Assembly (NCBI RefSeq): GCF_900184945.1
Contig: NZ_FXYF01000009.1
Location: forward strand, 94,174 to 158,173
Length of the DNA stretch: 64,000 nt
Direction: 5' to 3'
Source of the DNA: Maliponia aquimaris
GTDB taxonomy: Bacteria > Pseudomonadota > Alphaproteobacteria > Rhodobacterales > Rhodobacteraceae
A program made the position numbers and the translations under genes. The notes beneath the pieces are model-generated. The model did no database searches. It was not told the DNA's origin and saw nothing but the letters and a program-made list of their open reading frames with translations. Of the stretch, positions 26,527-35,149 are shown in pieces (position 1 is the first letter of the stretch; every line of letters begins with the position of its first letter).

Positions 26527-27690
26527 TCACTTGGCGGGGATAGCGCCCCTGGTGGCGGCGCGCGCCGCCATCGGCACCAGCACCAGCGGCACCACCAGCA
26601 TCAGCCCGCCCACCACGGTAAACGACGCGGCCAGGCCAAAGGCTTCGGACAGACCGCCCATCAACGGCGGGCCGACGAAGAACCCGGCGTAGCCCATCAC
26701 CGCCACCCGGCTGATCGCCAGCGCCTTGTGTTCCGACGGCACCAGCCGCCCGCACCAGGAAAACGCCATCGGCGCCACCACCGACACGCCGAACCCCAGC
26801 ACGGCAAAGCCGATGTAGGCCACGGCCAGCCCCGGCGCCCAGGCCGCCACGACCGCGCCCACGGCGGTCATCACCGCCGCGCCGCGCAGCATGACCGCCT
26901 CGGACACCCGCTGCGCCACCATCTGCCCGCCAAAGCGGCCCGCCGCCATGGTCAGCCCCAGGATCGCCGGACCCAGCGCCCCGGCCGCCGCCCCCGCGCC
27001 CAGGCCGCGTTCGAGGTGCAGCGCCGACCAGCCCTCGGTCCCCTGCTCGGCCATGAAACCCAGCAGCACGATCAGCCCCAGCGGCGCCAGCAGCGCCCAG
27101 GACAGCGGGGCGGCGGGCAGCGCATCGGCGGCGCGCGGCGTCTCGCGCACCGGTGCGCGCGCCATCTGCACGCAGAGCGCCAGCACCGGCACCCCCAGCG
27201 CGGCAAAGACCATGAAGGGCGTCCACCCCGCCTCGCGCGCCAGCCCCGTGGCCAGCGCCGAGACCGCGTAGCCGATGGAAAACAGCCCGTGGTTGAGGTT
27301 CATCAGGGACCGCCGGCTCTGCTCTTCCAGCATCGACAGGCGGGCGTTCATGGTCACGTCCAGCGTGCCCGAGGCCATCGCAGCGCCCATCATGCACAGC
27401 GCAAAGACCACGCCATCCGGCGCCAACCCCGGCAACAGGAAGGCCGCAGCCATCGCCAGCCCCGCCAGAGGCAGGTCACGCGCGCCCAGACGGCGCTGCA
27501 CCAGCGGCGCCAGCCACATGGCCATCACCGCCCCGACCGCCGAGACCAGCATGGCCAGGCCGAATTCGCCATCGGTCAGCCCGACCTGCGGCTTGAGATC
27601 GGGCACAAGCGCGGCAAAGGCGCCCCAGTACAGCCCCACGGCAACGAAACCGGCGGCGGGGCCCCGGCTGATATAGAGATCACGCAGCAT
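26527..27690 (-). CDS. MFS transporter
   Basis: 12-TM hydrophobic profile, MFS signature region (G..MA.GRFGG). Start taken at MLRDLYISRG; upstream in-frame extension to 27747 possible. Confidence 0.75.
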   Translation of the reverse strand: MLRDLYISRGPAAGFVAVGLYWGAFAALVPDLKPQVGLTDGEFGLAMLVSAVGAVMAMWLAPLVQRRLGARDLPLAGLAMAAAFLLPGLAPDGVVFALCMMGAAMASGTLDVTMNARLSMLEEQSRRSLMNLNHGLFSIGYAVSALATGLAREAGWTPFMVFAALGVPVLALCVQMARAPVRETPRAADALPAAPLSWALLAPLGLIVLLGFMAEQGTEGWSALHLERGLGAGAAAGALGPAILGLTMAAGRFGGQMVAQRVSEAVMLRGAAVMTAVGAVVAAWAPGLAVAYIGFAVLGFGVSVVAPMAFSWCGRLVPSEHKALAISRVAVMGYAGFFVGPPLMGGLSEAFGLAASFTVVGGLMLVVPLVLVPMAARAATRGAIPAK

Positions 27691-27858
27691 GACCCCCGGG
27701 TGGCACGCCGCGCAGGCGCCGTCCAGCGGGAAACGACATCGCGGCAACGCGGGCCCAGAATCGCCTTGCCAACCTGGGCGATCCGGTTTAGGCGCTCAGG
27801 CCTCAACGCGGGGTGACAGCCTTGGAGGCACCCTGCCCTGATCATATGGAGAAACAAC

Positions 27859-28491
27859 ATGGCTGGTGAGATTCCTGATCTCAAGGCCCTGGAACGGACG
27901 GGGACAGGCAAGGGCGCCGCTCGTCAGGCCCGCCGCGCGGGCATGGTTCCGGGCATCGTTTTCGGTGGCGAGAAAGAGCCGCTGCCGATCCAGATCCCGT
28001 TCAACGTGCTGCTCAAGCGCCTCAAGCAGGGCCGCTTCAAGTCCACGCTGTTCAACCTGCAGGTCGAAGGCCAGGAGGACGTGCGCGTCATCTGCCGCGA
28101 CGTGCAGCGCGACGTGGTCAAGGACCTGCCGACGCATGTCGATTTCATGCGCCTGCGCCGCACCACCAAGGTCACGCTCTACATCCCGGTCGAGTTCATC
28201 AACGAAGACGAAGCCCCCGGCCTGCGCCGCGGCGGCGTGCTGACCGTGGTGCGCCCCGAAGTCGAGCTGCTGGTGACCGCGGGTGACATTCCCGAGAAGA
28301 TCACCGTCGACCTCACCGGCCTCAAGATCGGCGACATCGTCCACATCAACGACGTGACGCTGCCCGAAGGCACCAAGGCGACGATCGACCGGAACTTTGT
28401 CATCGCCAACATCTCGGCTCCGTCGGGCCTGCAGTCGCAGGACAACGAAGCGGCCGAAGAAGCCGCGGCCGACGAGGGCGACGAAGACTGA
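27859..28491 (+). CDS. rplY: 50S ribosomal protein L25 / general stress protein Ctc
   Basis: L25/Ctc N-terminal beta-barrel ([29 protein letters not shown]) and acidic C-terminal tail. Confidence 0.9.
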   Translation: MAGEIPDLKALERTGTGKGAARQARRAGMVPGIVFGGEKEPLPIQIPFNVLLKRLKQGRFKSTLFNLQVEGQEDVRVICRDVQRDVVKDLPTHVDFMRLRRTTKVTLYIPVEFINEDEAPGLRRGGVLTVVRPEVELLVTAGDIPEKITVDLTGLKIGDIVHINDVTLPEGTKATIDRNFVIANISAPSGLQSQDNEAAEEAAADEGDED

Positions 28492-28570
28492 GTTTGCCGG
28501 ACCGTTCCGGAAATCGGACCCCCTGCCCATCGGGCGGGGGGTTTTCGTTTGTGCCGCGCGGCACGTCGCG

Positions 28571-28873
28571 TCAGGCGTTCAGCACCTGCACCGCCTCGAA
28601 GATCTCCAGCTCCGGCGGCGCCAGGTACATGTGTGCCGAGCTTTTCGCCCCGCCATGCGCGGCGCGAAACGCCTCGGAGCGGGTCCAGGCGGTGAAACTC
28701 GCCGCGTCCTTCCACAGCGTGTGCGAGGCATAGAGAACGTGGTCGTCCCCCTCCGGCCCCCGCATCAGCGCGAAACTGCGAAAGCCCGGCACCGTCTTGA
28801 GGTGACTGTCGCGGCTCTTCCACAGCTCCTCAAAGGCTTCGGCCTCGGATTTGACCACCTTGAAGCGGTTCAT
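28571..28873 (-). CDS. Antibiotic-biosynthesis-monooxygenase (ABM) family protein
   Basis: ~100-aa ferredoxin-like ORF (NRFKVVKSEAEAFEELW...). Start could be 28885 (MYLTM). Confidence 0.55.
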   Translation of the reverse strand: MNRFKVVKSEAEAFEELWKSRDSHLKTVPGFRSFALMRGPEGDDHVLYASHTLWKDAASFTAWTRSEAFRAAHGGAKSSAHMYLAPPELEIFEAVQVLNA

Positions 28874-28956
28874 GGTGAGGTACATTCCGCTCTCCCGTTG
28901 TGAATGATGCCCGCTCTGGCCTAGATAGGGCGGCAGGCAGGATCCCGGAGGACACA

Positions 28957-29649
28957 GTGCAGATATTCGTTGGTCTCGGCAATCCCGGCACGAAATACGC
29001 GGGCAACCGGCACAACATCGGCTTCATGGCGGTGGAGCGGATCGCCGAGGAACACGGCTTTGGCCCGTGGAAGGCGCGGTTCCAGGGCCAGTGCGCCGAA
29101 GGCCGGCTGGGCGACGACAAGGTGCTGCTGCTCAAGCCCGAGACCTACATGAACCTGTCCGGCCAGTCGGTGGGCGAGGCGATGCGGTTCTACAAGCTGG
29201 AACCGGGCGACGTGACGGTGTTCCACGACGAGCTGGACCTTGCCCCGGGCAAGTGCAAGGTCAAGATGGGTGGCGGGCACGCGGGGCACAACGGGCTGCG
29301 GTCGATCCACGCCCACATCGGCGAGGCGTACCGCCGCGTGCGGCTGGGCATCGGCCATCCCGGCCGCAAGGAGCTGGTGGCGGCCTATGTGCTGCACGAT
29401 TTCCACAAGGCGGACCAGGACTGGCTGGACGACCTGCTGCGCGGGATCGCGGACGGCGCGCCGCAGCTGGCCGATGGCGATGCGGGCAAGTTCATGAACG
29501 CCGTCGCGCTGCGCACCGCGCCGCCCCGGTCGTCCAGGACCCCTGCGAAGGCGCCGGAGACGCCGCCTGACGCCGCCTCGGAGCCACCAACGGAAGCCTC
29601 CCCGCCCCGCTCTCCGCTACAACGGCTGGCCGACAAGTTCCGATCATGA
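28957..29649 (+). CDS. pth: Peptidyl-tRNA hydrolase
   Basis: GTG start at 28957 gives [24 protein letters not shown]; conserved HNG ([11 protein letters not shown]). Pro/Ala-rich C-terminal extension. Conserved rplY-pth adjacency. Confidence 0.85.
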   Translation: MQIFVGLGNPGTKYAGNRHNIGFMAVERIAEEHGFGPWKARFQGQCAEGRLGDDKVLLLKPETYMNLSGQSVGEAMRFYKLEPGDVTVFHDELDLAPGKCKVKMGGGHAGHNGLRSIHAHIGEAYRRVRLGIGHPGRKELVAAYVLHDFHKADQDWLDDLLRGIADGAPQLADGDAGKFMNAVALRTAPPRSSRTPAKAPETPPDAASEPPTEASPPRSPLQRLADKFRS

Positions 29650-30794
29650 AACGCTGGCTCACCCTCGTGCCGCTGGTGCTGCTGGCCGGGGTGGCCGGGG
29701 TTGGCGTCAGCTACCGCGAGCCGCTGATGCGGCTGGGCGCGACGGTGACGCTGTTCGACGAGGACAGTATCGTCCAGAACTTCAGCCACATGGACCGGCT
29801 GTTCGAGTCGGTGCCGATCCCGGTCCACACCACGGCTGTCCCGCTGCCCACGGGCCCCGCGATGGCGCTGCCGGGTGACTGGCAGGACTGGCTGGTGCGG
29901 CGCGCGGTGACCGGCGTGATCGTGCTGAAACAGGGCGCGGTCGTGCACGAAAGCTATCGCCTTGGCACCGGCCCCGAGGATCTGCGCATCTCGTGGTCGA
30001 TCGCAAAATCCTACCTCTCGGCGCTGGTGGGGATCGTTCATGCGCAGGGCAAGATCGCCAGCCTCGACGATCCGGTGACGACCTACGCGCCCCGACTGAA
30101 AGGCACCGCCTATGACGGGGCGACGTTGCGCAACGTGTTGCAGATGTCCACCGGGGTCGTCTTTGACGAGGATTACCTGGATTTCTGGAGCGACATCAAC
30201 AAGATGGGGCGCGTTCTTGCGCTGGGCGGGTCGATGGACGGATTTGCCGCCGACCTGACCGAGACGGACACCCCGCCGGGCACGGCCTGGCGCTACGTCT
30301 CGATCGACACGCATGTGCTGTCGATGGTGGTGCGCGGCGCGACTGGGCAGCCCCTGCCGGACCTGCTGGCCGAAGAACTGCTGGACCCCATGGGGACAGT
30401 CGGAAAACCCTATTATCTGACAGACGGTTACGGCGTGGCCTTCGCGCTGGGTGGTCTGAACATGACGCTGCGCGACTATGCCCGGCTGGGCGAGATGTTC
30501 CGCGATGGCGGGCGGATCGAGGGCCGCCAGGTGGTGCCCGAGGCCTGGGTGATCGAAAGCACGACGCCTTCGGCCCGGACCGACCCCGGCAAGCTGAAGT
30601 ACGGTTACCAGTGGTGGATGCCCGCCGATGCCCGCGCCGGTGAATTCATGGCGCGTGGCATCTATGGGCAATATGTTTATATCGACAGGCAGAGCGGCAC
30701 GGTCGTGGCCGTGACCGCGGCAGACCTGCACTTTCGCGAGGCCGGCGCATTCGACGACGCGTTGCAGATGTTCCGCCGTCTCGCGGCGTTGTGA
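29646..30794 (+). CDS. Serine hydrolase, beta-lactamase/transpeptidase-like family (signal-anchored)
   Basis: ATGA overlap with pth. N-terminal hydrophobic anchor, SxxK motif (SWSIAKS), class-C beta-lactamase-like fold features. Confidence 0.8.
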   Translation: MKRWLTLVPLVLLAGVAGVGVSYREPLMRLGATVTLFDEDSIVQNFSHMDRLFESVPIPVHTTAVPLPTGPAMALPGDWQDWLVRRAVTGVIVLKQGAVVHESYRLGTGPEDLRISWSIAKSYLSALVGIVHAQGKIASLDDPVTTYAPRLKGTAYDGATLRNVLQMSTGVVFDEDYLDFWSDINKMGRVLALGGSMDGFAADLTETDTPPGTAWRYVSIDTHVLSMVVRGATGQPLPDLLAEELLDPMGTVGKPYYLTDGYGVAFALGGLNMTLRDYARLGEMFRDGGRIEGRQVVPEAWVIESTTPSARTDPGKLKYGYQWWMPADARAGEFMARGIYGQYVYIDRQSGTVVAVTAADLHFREAGAFDDALQMFRRLAAL

Positions 30795-30810
30795 CAGAGG
30801 ATCGGATAAC

Positions 30811-31191
30811 ATGAAGAAAGACCCTTCTTCCAACGTTCTGGGCGGCAAACTTGAAGTCTGCTCGCAGAAGCCTCTGACCGGGTTCTTTCGCGACGGGCAC
30901 TGCAACACCTGCGCCGAGGACCGCGGCAGCCATACCGTCTGCGCGGTCATGACGGCCGAGTTCCTGGCCTTTTCCAAGTATGTCGGCAACGACCTGTCGA
31001 CGCCGCGGCCGGAATTCCAGTTCGCCGGGCTGAAACCGGGCGACCAGTGGTGCCTCTGCGCCGCGCGCTTTCTCCAGGCGCACAACGAGGGCTGCGCGCC
31101 GAAGGTGAACCTGGCCGCAACCCACGCGCGCGCGCTGGATATCGTGCCGCTGGACGTTCTCGAAGCCAACGACATCGCGGCCGGGGACTGA
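30811..31191 (+). CDS. DUF2237 family protein
   Basis: NVLGG.L.VCS..PLTGFFRDG.C.T...D.G.H.VCA..T..FL.F....GNDL.TP...F.GLKPGD.WCLCA.R matches the DUF2237 Cys-rich pattern. Confidence 0.7.
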   Translation: MKKDPSSNVLGGKLEVCSQKPLTGFFRDGHCNTCAEDRGSHTVCAVMTAEFLAFSKYVGNDLSTPRPEFQFAGLKPGDQWCLCAARFLQAHNEGCAPKVNLAATHARALDIVPLDVLEANDIAAGD

Positions 31192-31426
31192 TCGCCGGGT
31201 CACGGTCCGGTCCAGTGACGTTCACGGCGATGTCAGCGATGTTTGGCAAGAATTTACCGATCGTTAACTCTTATCCGATTACAACATAAGGACAGGCTGG
31301 TTGCCTCTCAAACGCCCTGCCACTTAAGGCAAGGCAATCTATCCCCAGACTTTTCCTCCGGTCCGGGGCCCCACTCACGAAACTGCCGCCCCGGTTTCCC
31401 GGAGCGGCTTTTTCGTGTCTCGCAGG

Positions 31427-32575
31427 TCAGTCGCGCAGCCGCGCGATGTCCTGCAGCAGGCCCTGCGTCCCGTTGTGCACGGTCAGGTGATCCACCTTCG
31501 CGGCGATGGCCTCGAGCGCCTCCAGTTCCTTGAGCCGCAGCATTACGGGGTTGTTCTCCATCACCTTGGCGGTGTTCAGAAGCGACCGCATCGCGTTCGT
31601 TTCCTCGCGCCGCAGGATCACGTTGGCCTCGGCCGCCTTTTCGGCCTCGACCACACGGTTCAGGATCTCGCGGATCTCGCCGGGCAGGATCACGTCCTTG
31701 AGGGCGATTTCCTGCAGTTCGATCCCGATCCGGGCCATCTCGGCCCGCAGGGTTTCCCCCGCCTCGACGTCCACGGCCCCCTTTTCGGCCAGCAGCTGGT
31801 CCAGCGTCAGCGCCCCCAGGCGCCGGCGGAAGACCAGTTGCACCGCGCGGTGCAGCGCCTCCTCGAAGTCGGTCACCGTGGTCACCGCAAGCTCGGGGTC
31901 GGTCACGCGGTAGACCGCCGTCAGGTTGACCCGGATCGTCACGCGGTCCCTGGTCAGGATCTCCTGCCCGGCGACCTCGTGCGCCCGCTGGCGCAGGTCC
32001 ACCAGCTTGACCGTCGCGGCGGGGCGCTGCGCCCAGAAGGCATGCACCCCCGGCGCCAGCCGGCCCGCCAGCACCCCGTCAAGGAACAGCATCCCGACCA
32101 TCCCGTCCGGCACCCGCAGCGTGGTCAGCGCCCGCGACAGGCCCGCCTGTTCCAGACGCCGCGCCAGCGTGGGCGCCACGCGGGGCTGCTCGGCCAGGTC
32201 GAAGCGTTCGACCGTGAAGGGCCCCGCGTCGGTCCAGTAGACCACCCGCTCTTCGGGAAAGAGCACCTCGACGGGCCGTCCGTCCCGCGCGACCACGGCG
32301 ACCTCGCCGGGTGCGGTGCGCACTTCGGTCAGGTGCCCCTCGGCCAGGTCGGGCCGGGTGCGGAACAGCGCCCGGTCGTAGGTCGAGGTGAAGCGGAGAC
32401 GCTCGATGCTGTGCAGTTCGCGCGTGCTGTCGTCGCGGCGGATCAAGTGGTCCCCGGGGCCAAGCAGCGCGTCGAACCGCCCGTTGACGAGGACGAGCAT
32501 GCGCTCGTTCTCGGACAGGGTGATGCGTTCGCGCCCGGCCAGGGTCCGGGCTATTCGGATCAGCACGTTGGTCAT
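31427..32575 (-). CDS. SPFH/band-7 (stomatin-like) domain protein with N-terminal extension
   Basis: C-terminal ~200 aa have SPFH core plus coiled-coil tail (QEILTRDRVTIRVNLTAVYRV ... IELQEIALKDVILPGEIREIL ... AEKAAEANVILRREETNA). No TM segment. Confidence 0.7.
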   Translation of the reverse strand: MTNVLIRIARTLAGRERITLSENERMLVLVNGRFDALLGPGDHLIRRDDSTRELHSIERLRFTSTYDRALFRTRPDLAEGHLTEVRTAPGEVAVVARDGRPVEVLFPEERVVYWTDAGPFTVERFDLAEQPRVAPTLARRLEQAGLSRALTTLRVPDGMVGMLFLDGVLAGRLAPGVHAFWAQRPAATVKLVDLRQRAHEVAGQEILTRDRVTIRVNLTAVYRVTDPELAVTTVTDFEEALHRAVQLVFRRRLGALTLDQLLAEKGAVDVEAGETLRAEMARIGIELQEIALKDVILPGEIREILNRVVEAEKAAEANVILRREETNAMRSLLNTAKVMENNPVMLRLKELEALEAIAAKVDHLTVHNGTQGLLQDIARLRD

Positions 32576-32962
32576 CTCATGTCTCCTTCTTCGTCGCGCC
32601 TATCGTCGTCGCAATGCGATGTTCCTTTGGTTGCAGAGGGTTGGAGGCAGCAATGCCCCGCAGGTGTAAAGGGGTGAGCCCGGAACGCCCCCCTGCCGCG
32701 ACCGCGGGCGGGAGACCGGCGAGAGGGGCGCGGAGCCCCGGCGCGCCACCGCCCCGAGGGGCGCGCAGCGGACCGGAACCCGGTGGAACCGTCATCCGGC
32801 GCTCCGGACCATGGCCGGAGCAGGCGAAGCCCGTGCCGCCCCCCGCCCGTTGCCGGACAAGGGTTGGCTGGGGCCCCTCCTGCGGAGGACGCCCCGGACC
32901 CGTGAAGTTTGGACCGCTTTCGCGGACCGGCGTTTAAGGCCGGCGCCCCCATGAGGGACGTT

Positions 32963-33037
32963 TGGAGCAAAAGGCAGGAGTCGAACCTGCTACACTTCGG
33001 TTAACAGCCGAATGCTCTTCCCATGAGCTACGTTTGC
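32963..33037 (-). tRNA. tRNA-Asn (anticodon GTT)
   Basis: RC: GCAAACG-TA-GCTC-ATGGGAAGA-GAGC-A-TTCGG-CTGTTAA-CCGAA-GTGT-AGCAG-GTTCGAC-TCCTGC... anticodon loop CT-GTT-AA; T-arm GCAGG/CCTGC; one C-U mismatch in acceptor stem. Confidence 0.8.
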
Positions 33038-33041
33038 GGTG

Positions 33042-33114
33042 TGACACTGGAGGGATTCGAACCCCCGACCGGCAGGCAAAGGCCCGCTGCTCTACCAGGC
33101 TGAGCTACAACGTC
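33042..33114 (-). ncRNA. tRNA-like sequence adjacent to tRNA-Asn (possible degenerate/pseudo-tRNA)
   Basis: Clear D-arm (TA-GCTC-AGCCTGGTA-GAGC), T-arm (GGGGG-TTCGAAT-CCCTC) and a pairing acceptor stem with two G-U wobbles. The anticodon arm (GCGGG-CCTTTGC-CTGCC) does not pair in any register I tried. Confidence 0.35.
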
Positions 33115-33360
33115 GACCCGGGGTCCGGACAGGCCCTGGCATACAGGAACGGCAGTGCCGACTGCACCGGGGGAGGTTTGGAAGCTCCGCCCGCTAGGGT
33201 CCGATCCATGATGGCCGGGACTGCTGGATAGCCGGGGTTGGGTGACTCGCTCCAGTCAGGAATTCCTGCCCCTGCGGCCGCGTGTCGCGCGCGCAACAAT
33301 ATTACGCATCAAGGCAACAAATGCAAAGATACGTGGCGGATGCCCGATCTTTTGTGGCGT

Positions 33361-33966
33361 TCAAAGTGATTGCGGATTTGCGGAAATTGCCGGTTTTGAG
33401 GGCGGGTCCGGGACGCTGTCCGGCTCGGCCTCCGGCTCCGGTGGGCTCATGATCCGGAGTTCGGGGGCCGGGGTGACCCCGGGCAGGGCATCGCCCATCA
33501 GCTCGTCGATGAACAGGCTGAGCAGTTGCGGCCGCCCGCTGACCTGGGCCTTGCGGTAGATCGCGTTGGTCTGCGCCTTGACGGTGCCTTCGGAGGTGGA
33601 CCGCAGACCGGCGATCTCGGAGATCGACAGGCCCTTGATCGCGAACAGGGCGACATCCCGCTCTGCCGGGGTCAGCCGCCAGGCGGTGAACTTTTCGTCC
33701 AGCACCTGCATGAAGGCGCCGGACGCCACGCGCAGGCTGGCCTCGGCGCTGCGTTGGCGGCGCAGAGACTGGCGCAACAGGAGGCCGCTGGCCACGACGC
33801 CGAACAGCAGGCCCAGGATGGCGCCGACCTCGACCAGTTCGACCAGCGCCCAGGAGACCGGCTCAAACCGCAGCGCAAAGACCGAAGCGATGACTTCACG
33901 CAGCAGGAAGCCGCCGCACAACAGCTGCAAGGCCATGAGCAGGGCGAAGATCGCCGAAGCCTTCAC
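33361..33966 (-). CDS. Membrane-anchored LuxR/GerE-family HTH transcriptional regulator (2 N-terminal TM helices, Pro/Glu-rich C-terminal tail)
   Basis: Two hydrophobic helices (SAIFALLMALQLLCGGFLL; ALVELVEVGAILGLLFGVVASGLLL), then LuxR-type HTH (LTPAERDVALFAIKGLSISEIAGLRSTSEGTVKAQTNAIYRKAQV). Confidence 0.7.
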   Translation of the reverse strand: MKASAIFALLMALQLLCGGFLLREVIASVFALRFEPVSWALVELVEVGAILGLLFGVVASGLLLRQSLRRQRSAEASLRVASGAFMQVLDEKFTAWRLTPAERDVALFAIKGLSISEIAGLRSTSEGTVKAQTNAIYRKAQVSGRPQLLSLFIDELMGDALPGVTPAPELRIMSPPEPEAEPDSVPDPPSKPAISANPQSL

Positions 33967-33993
33967 CGGGCCGCTCCGATGCCGCGGCGACGG

Positions 33994-34395
33994 TCAGTCA
34001 TCGTCGTCATCCTTGTCATCGTCGTCCTTGTCGTCGTCCTTGTCTTCCTTGTCGTCGTCATCGTCGTCGTCGTCATCCTCGGGGTCATCCGCCTCGGGGG
34101 TGTCGTCTTTGCGGCGGTCGTCCCGGGTCCTGACCTTGTCGTCGCGGTCGTCGTCGTCGAGGTAGTCGCGCAGGATGGCCCCGGTGGAGGGGTTGAGGAT
34201 GATCTCGCGCCTGCCCCGTGACCCGCTGGCCGTGATGCGAATGCGGCCCAGGAAGGTGCGGGACACCGCGATCTGCCTGTAGCCTTCGCGCGAGAGTTGA
34301 CCGACGATCCGCTCCTCGACGGTTTCCGCACGGGCGGCAGGGACGCCTGCGACCAGGCAGGCCACCACGCCGCACAGCAGGCGTCTGCGCATCAT
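33994..34395 (-). CDS. Secreted PepSY-like protein with poly-Asp/Lys-Asp C-terminal tail
   Basis: Signal peptide (MMRRRLLCGVVACLVAGVPAARA), PepSY-like core (GYRQIAVSRTFLGRIRITASGSRGRREIILNPSTGAIL), then ~55 aa of D/E/K-rich sequence ending DDDDDDDDKEDKDDDKDDDDKDDDDD. Confidence 0.6.
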   Translation of the reverse strand: MMRRRLLCGVVACLVAGVPAARAETVEERIVGQLSREGYRQIAVSRTFLGRIRITASGSRGRREIILNPSTGAILRDYLDDDDRDDKVRTRDDRRKDDTPEADDPEDDDDDDDDDKEDKDDDKDDDDKDDDDD

Positions 34396-34446
34396 CTGCG
34401 CTGTCCTCCAAAAGGGCCGCGGACCGGGAGGTCCGCGGCGGTTGGC

Positions 34447-34881
34447 TCAGTCGTCATCGCCATCGTCGTCGTCGTCGTGATCGTCATCGTGATCGTCATC
34501 GTGATCGTCGTCGTGATCGTCGTCGTCCCGATCGTCGTGCATGTCGTCATCCTGATGATCATCGTCCCGGAGATCGTCATCGTCCAGAGAGTCTTCGGTC
34601 CGGTCGCGCGTCACCACGCCCGGTTGCGAGATGTCGCCGGGCTCGGCGGTTTCGACCTCCTGCTTGAGCAGGTCGCCATTGGTGCGGGACCAGACCTGTT
34701 CCAGTTTCTCTGTGCCGCGGATGGCCTCGACCTTGATCTGCGACGGGCCGCGCTTGATCTCGATGTGAGTATAGCCCGCGGCGGTCAGGTCCGAAACGAT
34801 CTGGTCCGTCAGAACATCGGCGGTGGCGATGGAAGCAGACAGCAGGCCCGCAAGGGCGGTGACAAGAAGAGTGGGTTTCAC
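34447..34881 (-). CDS. Secreted PepSY-like protein with poly-(Asp/His) C-terminal tail (paralogue of the preceding gene)
   Basis: Signal peptide (MKPTLLVTALAGLLSASIATA), PepSY-like core (AAGYTHIEIKRGPSQIKVEAIRGTEKLEQVWSRTNGDLL), tail DDDHQDDDMHDDRDDDDHDDDHDDDHDDDHDDDDDGDDD. Confidence 0.6.
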   Translation of the reverse strand: MKPTLLVTALAGLLSASIATADVLTDQIVSDLTAAGYTHIEIKRGPSQIKVEAIRGTEKLEQVWSRTNGDLLKQEVETAEPGDISQPGVVTRDRTEDSLDDDDLRDDDHQDDDMHDDRDDDDHDDDHDDDHDDDHDDDDDGDDD

Positions 34882-35149
34882 GGTAAATATCCTTTGGTCA
34901 GGGGTGGAACCGACGACACCGCACGAGGCTGTGTCGCCTGCCCTGTCCTTGCCGCGGGAACGGCGGCCGGGAAATGGACCCTCGGTTTATCCCGGCGCCG
35001 ATAAACCTGCGGACCACGCGCATAAACCTGGGTTTATGCGGGGTTTTGGGGGCCTTTTGCCCGGTTTCGGGGTCTCACCTGCGATGAAAAAGGCCCGGCG
35101 ATCCTATTGACCTGCCGGGCCCTGTTCGGGTCGATGCGCAGGGAACCCG

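Noticed and set aside
28900-28956. GTG 28900 as the pth start (ORF-track start)
   Set aside because: The conserved Pth N-terminus begins at [11 protein letters not shown], which corresponds to GTG 28957. The upstream 19 codons are not Pth-like.
33042-33114. Calling the second tRNA-like sequence a functional tRNA (Gln/Lys) gene
   Set aside because: The anticodon arm does not pair in any register by hand. It is kept only as a tRNA-like or pseudo-tRNA pending covariance-model scoring.
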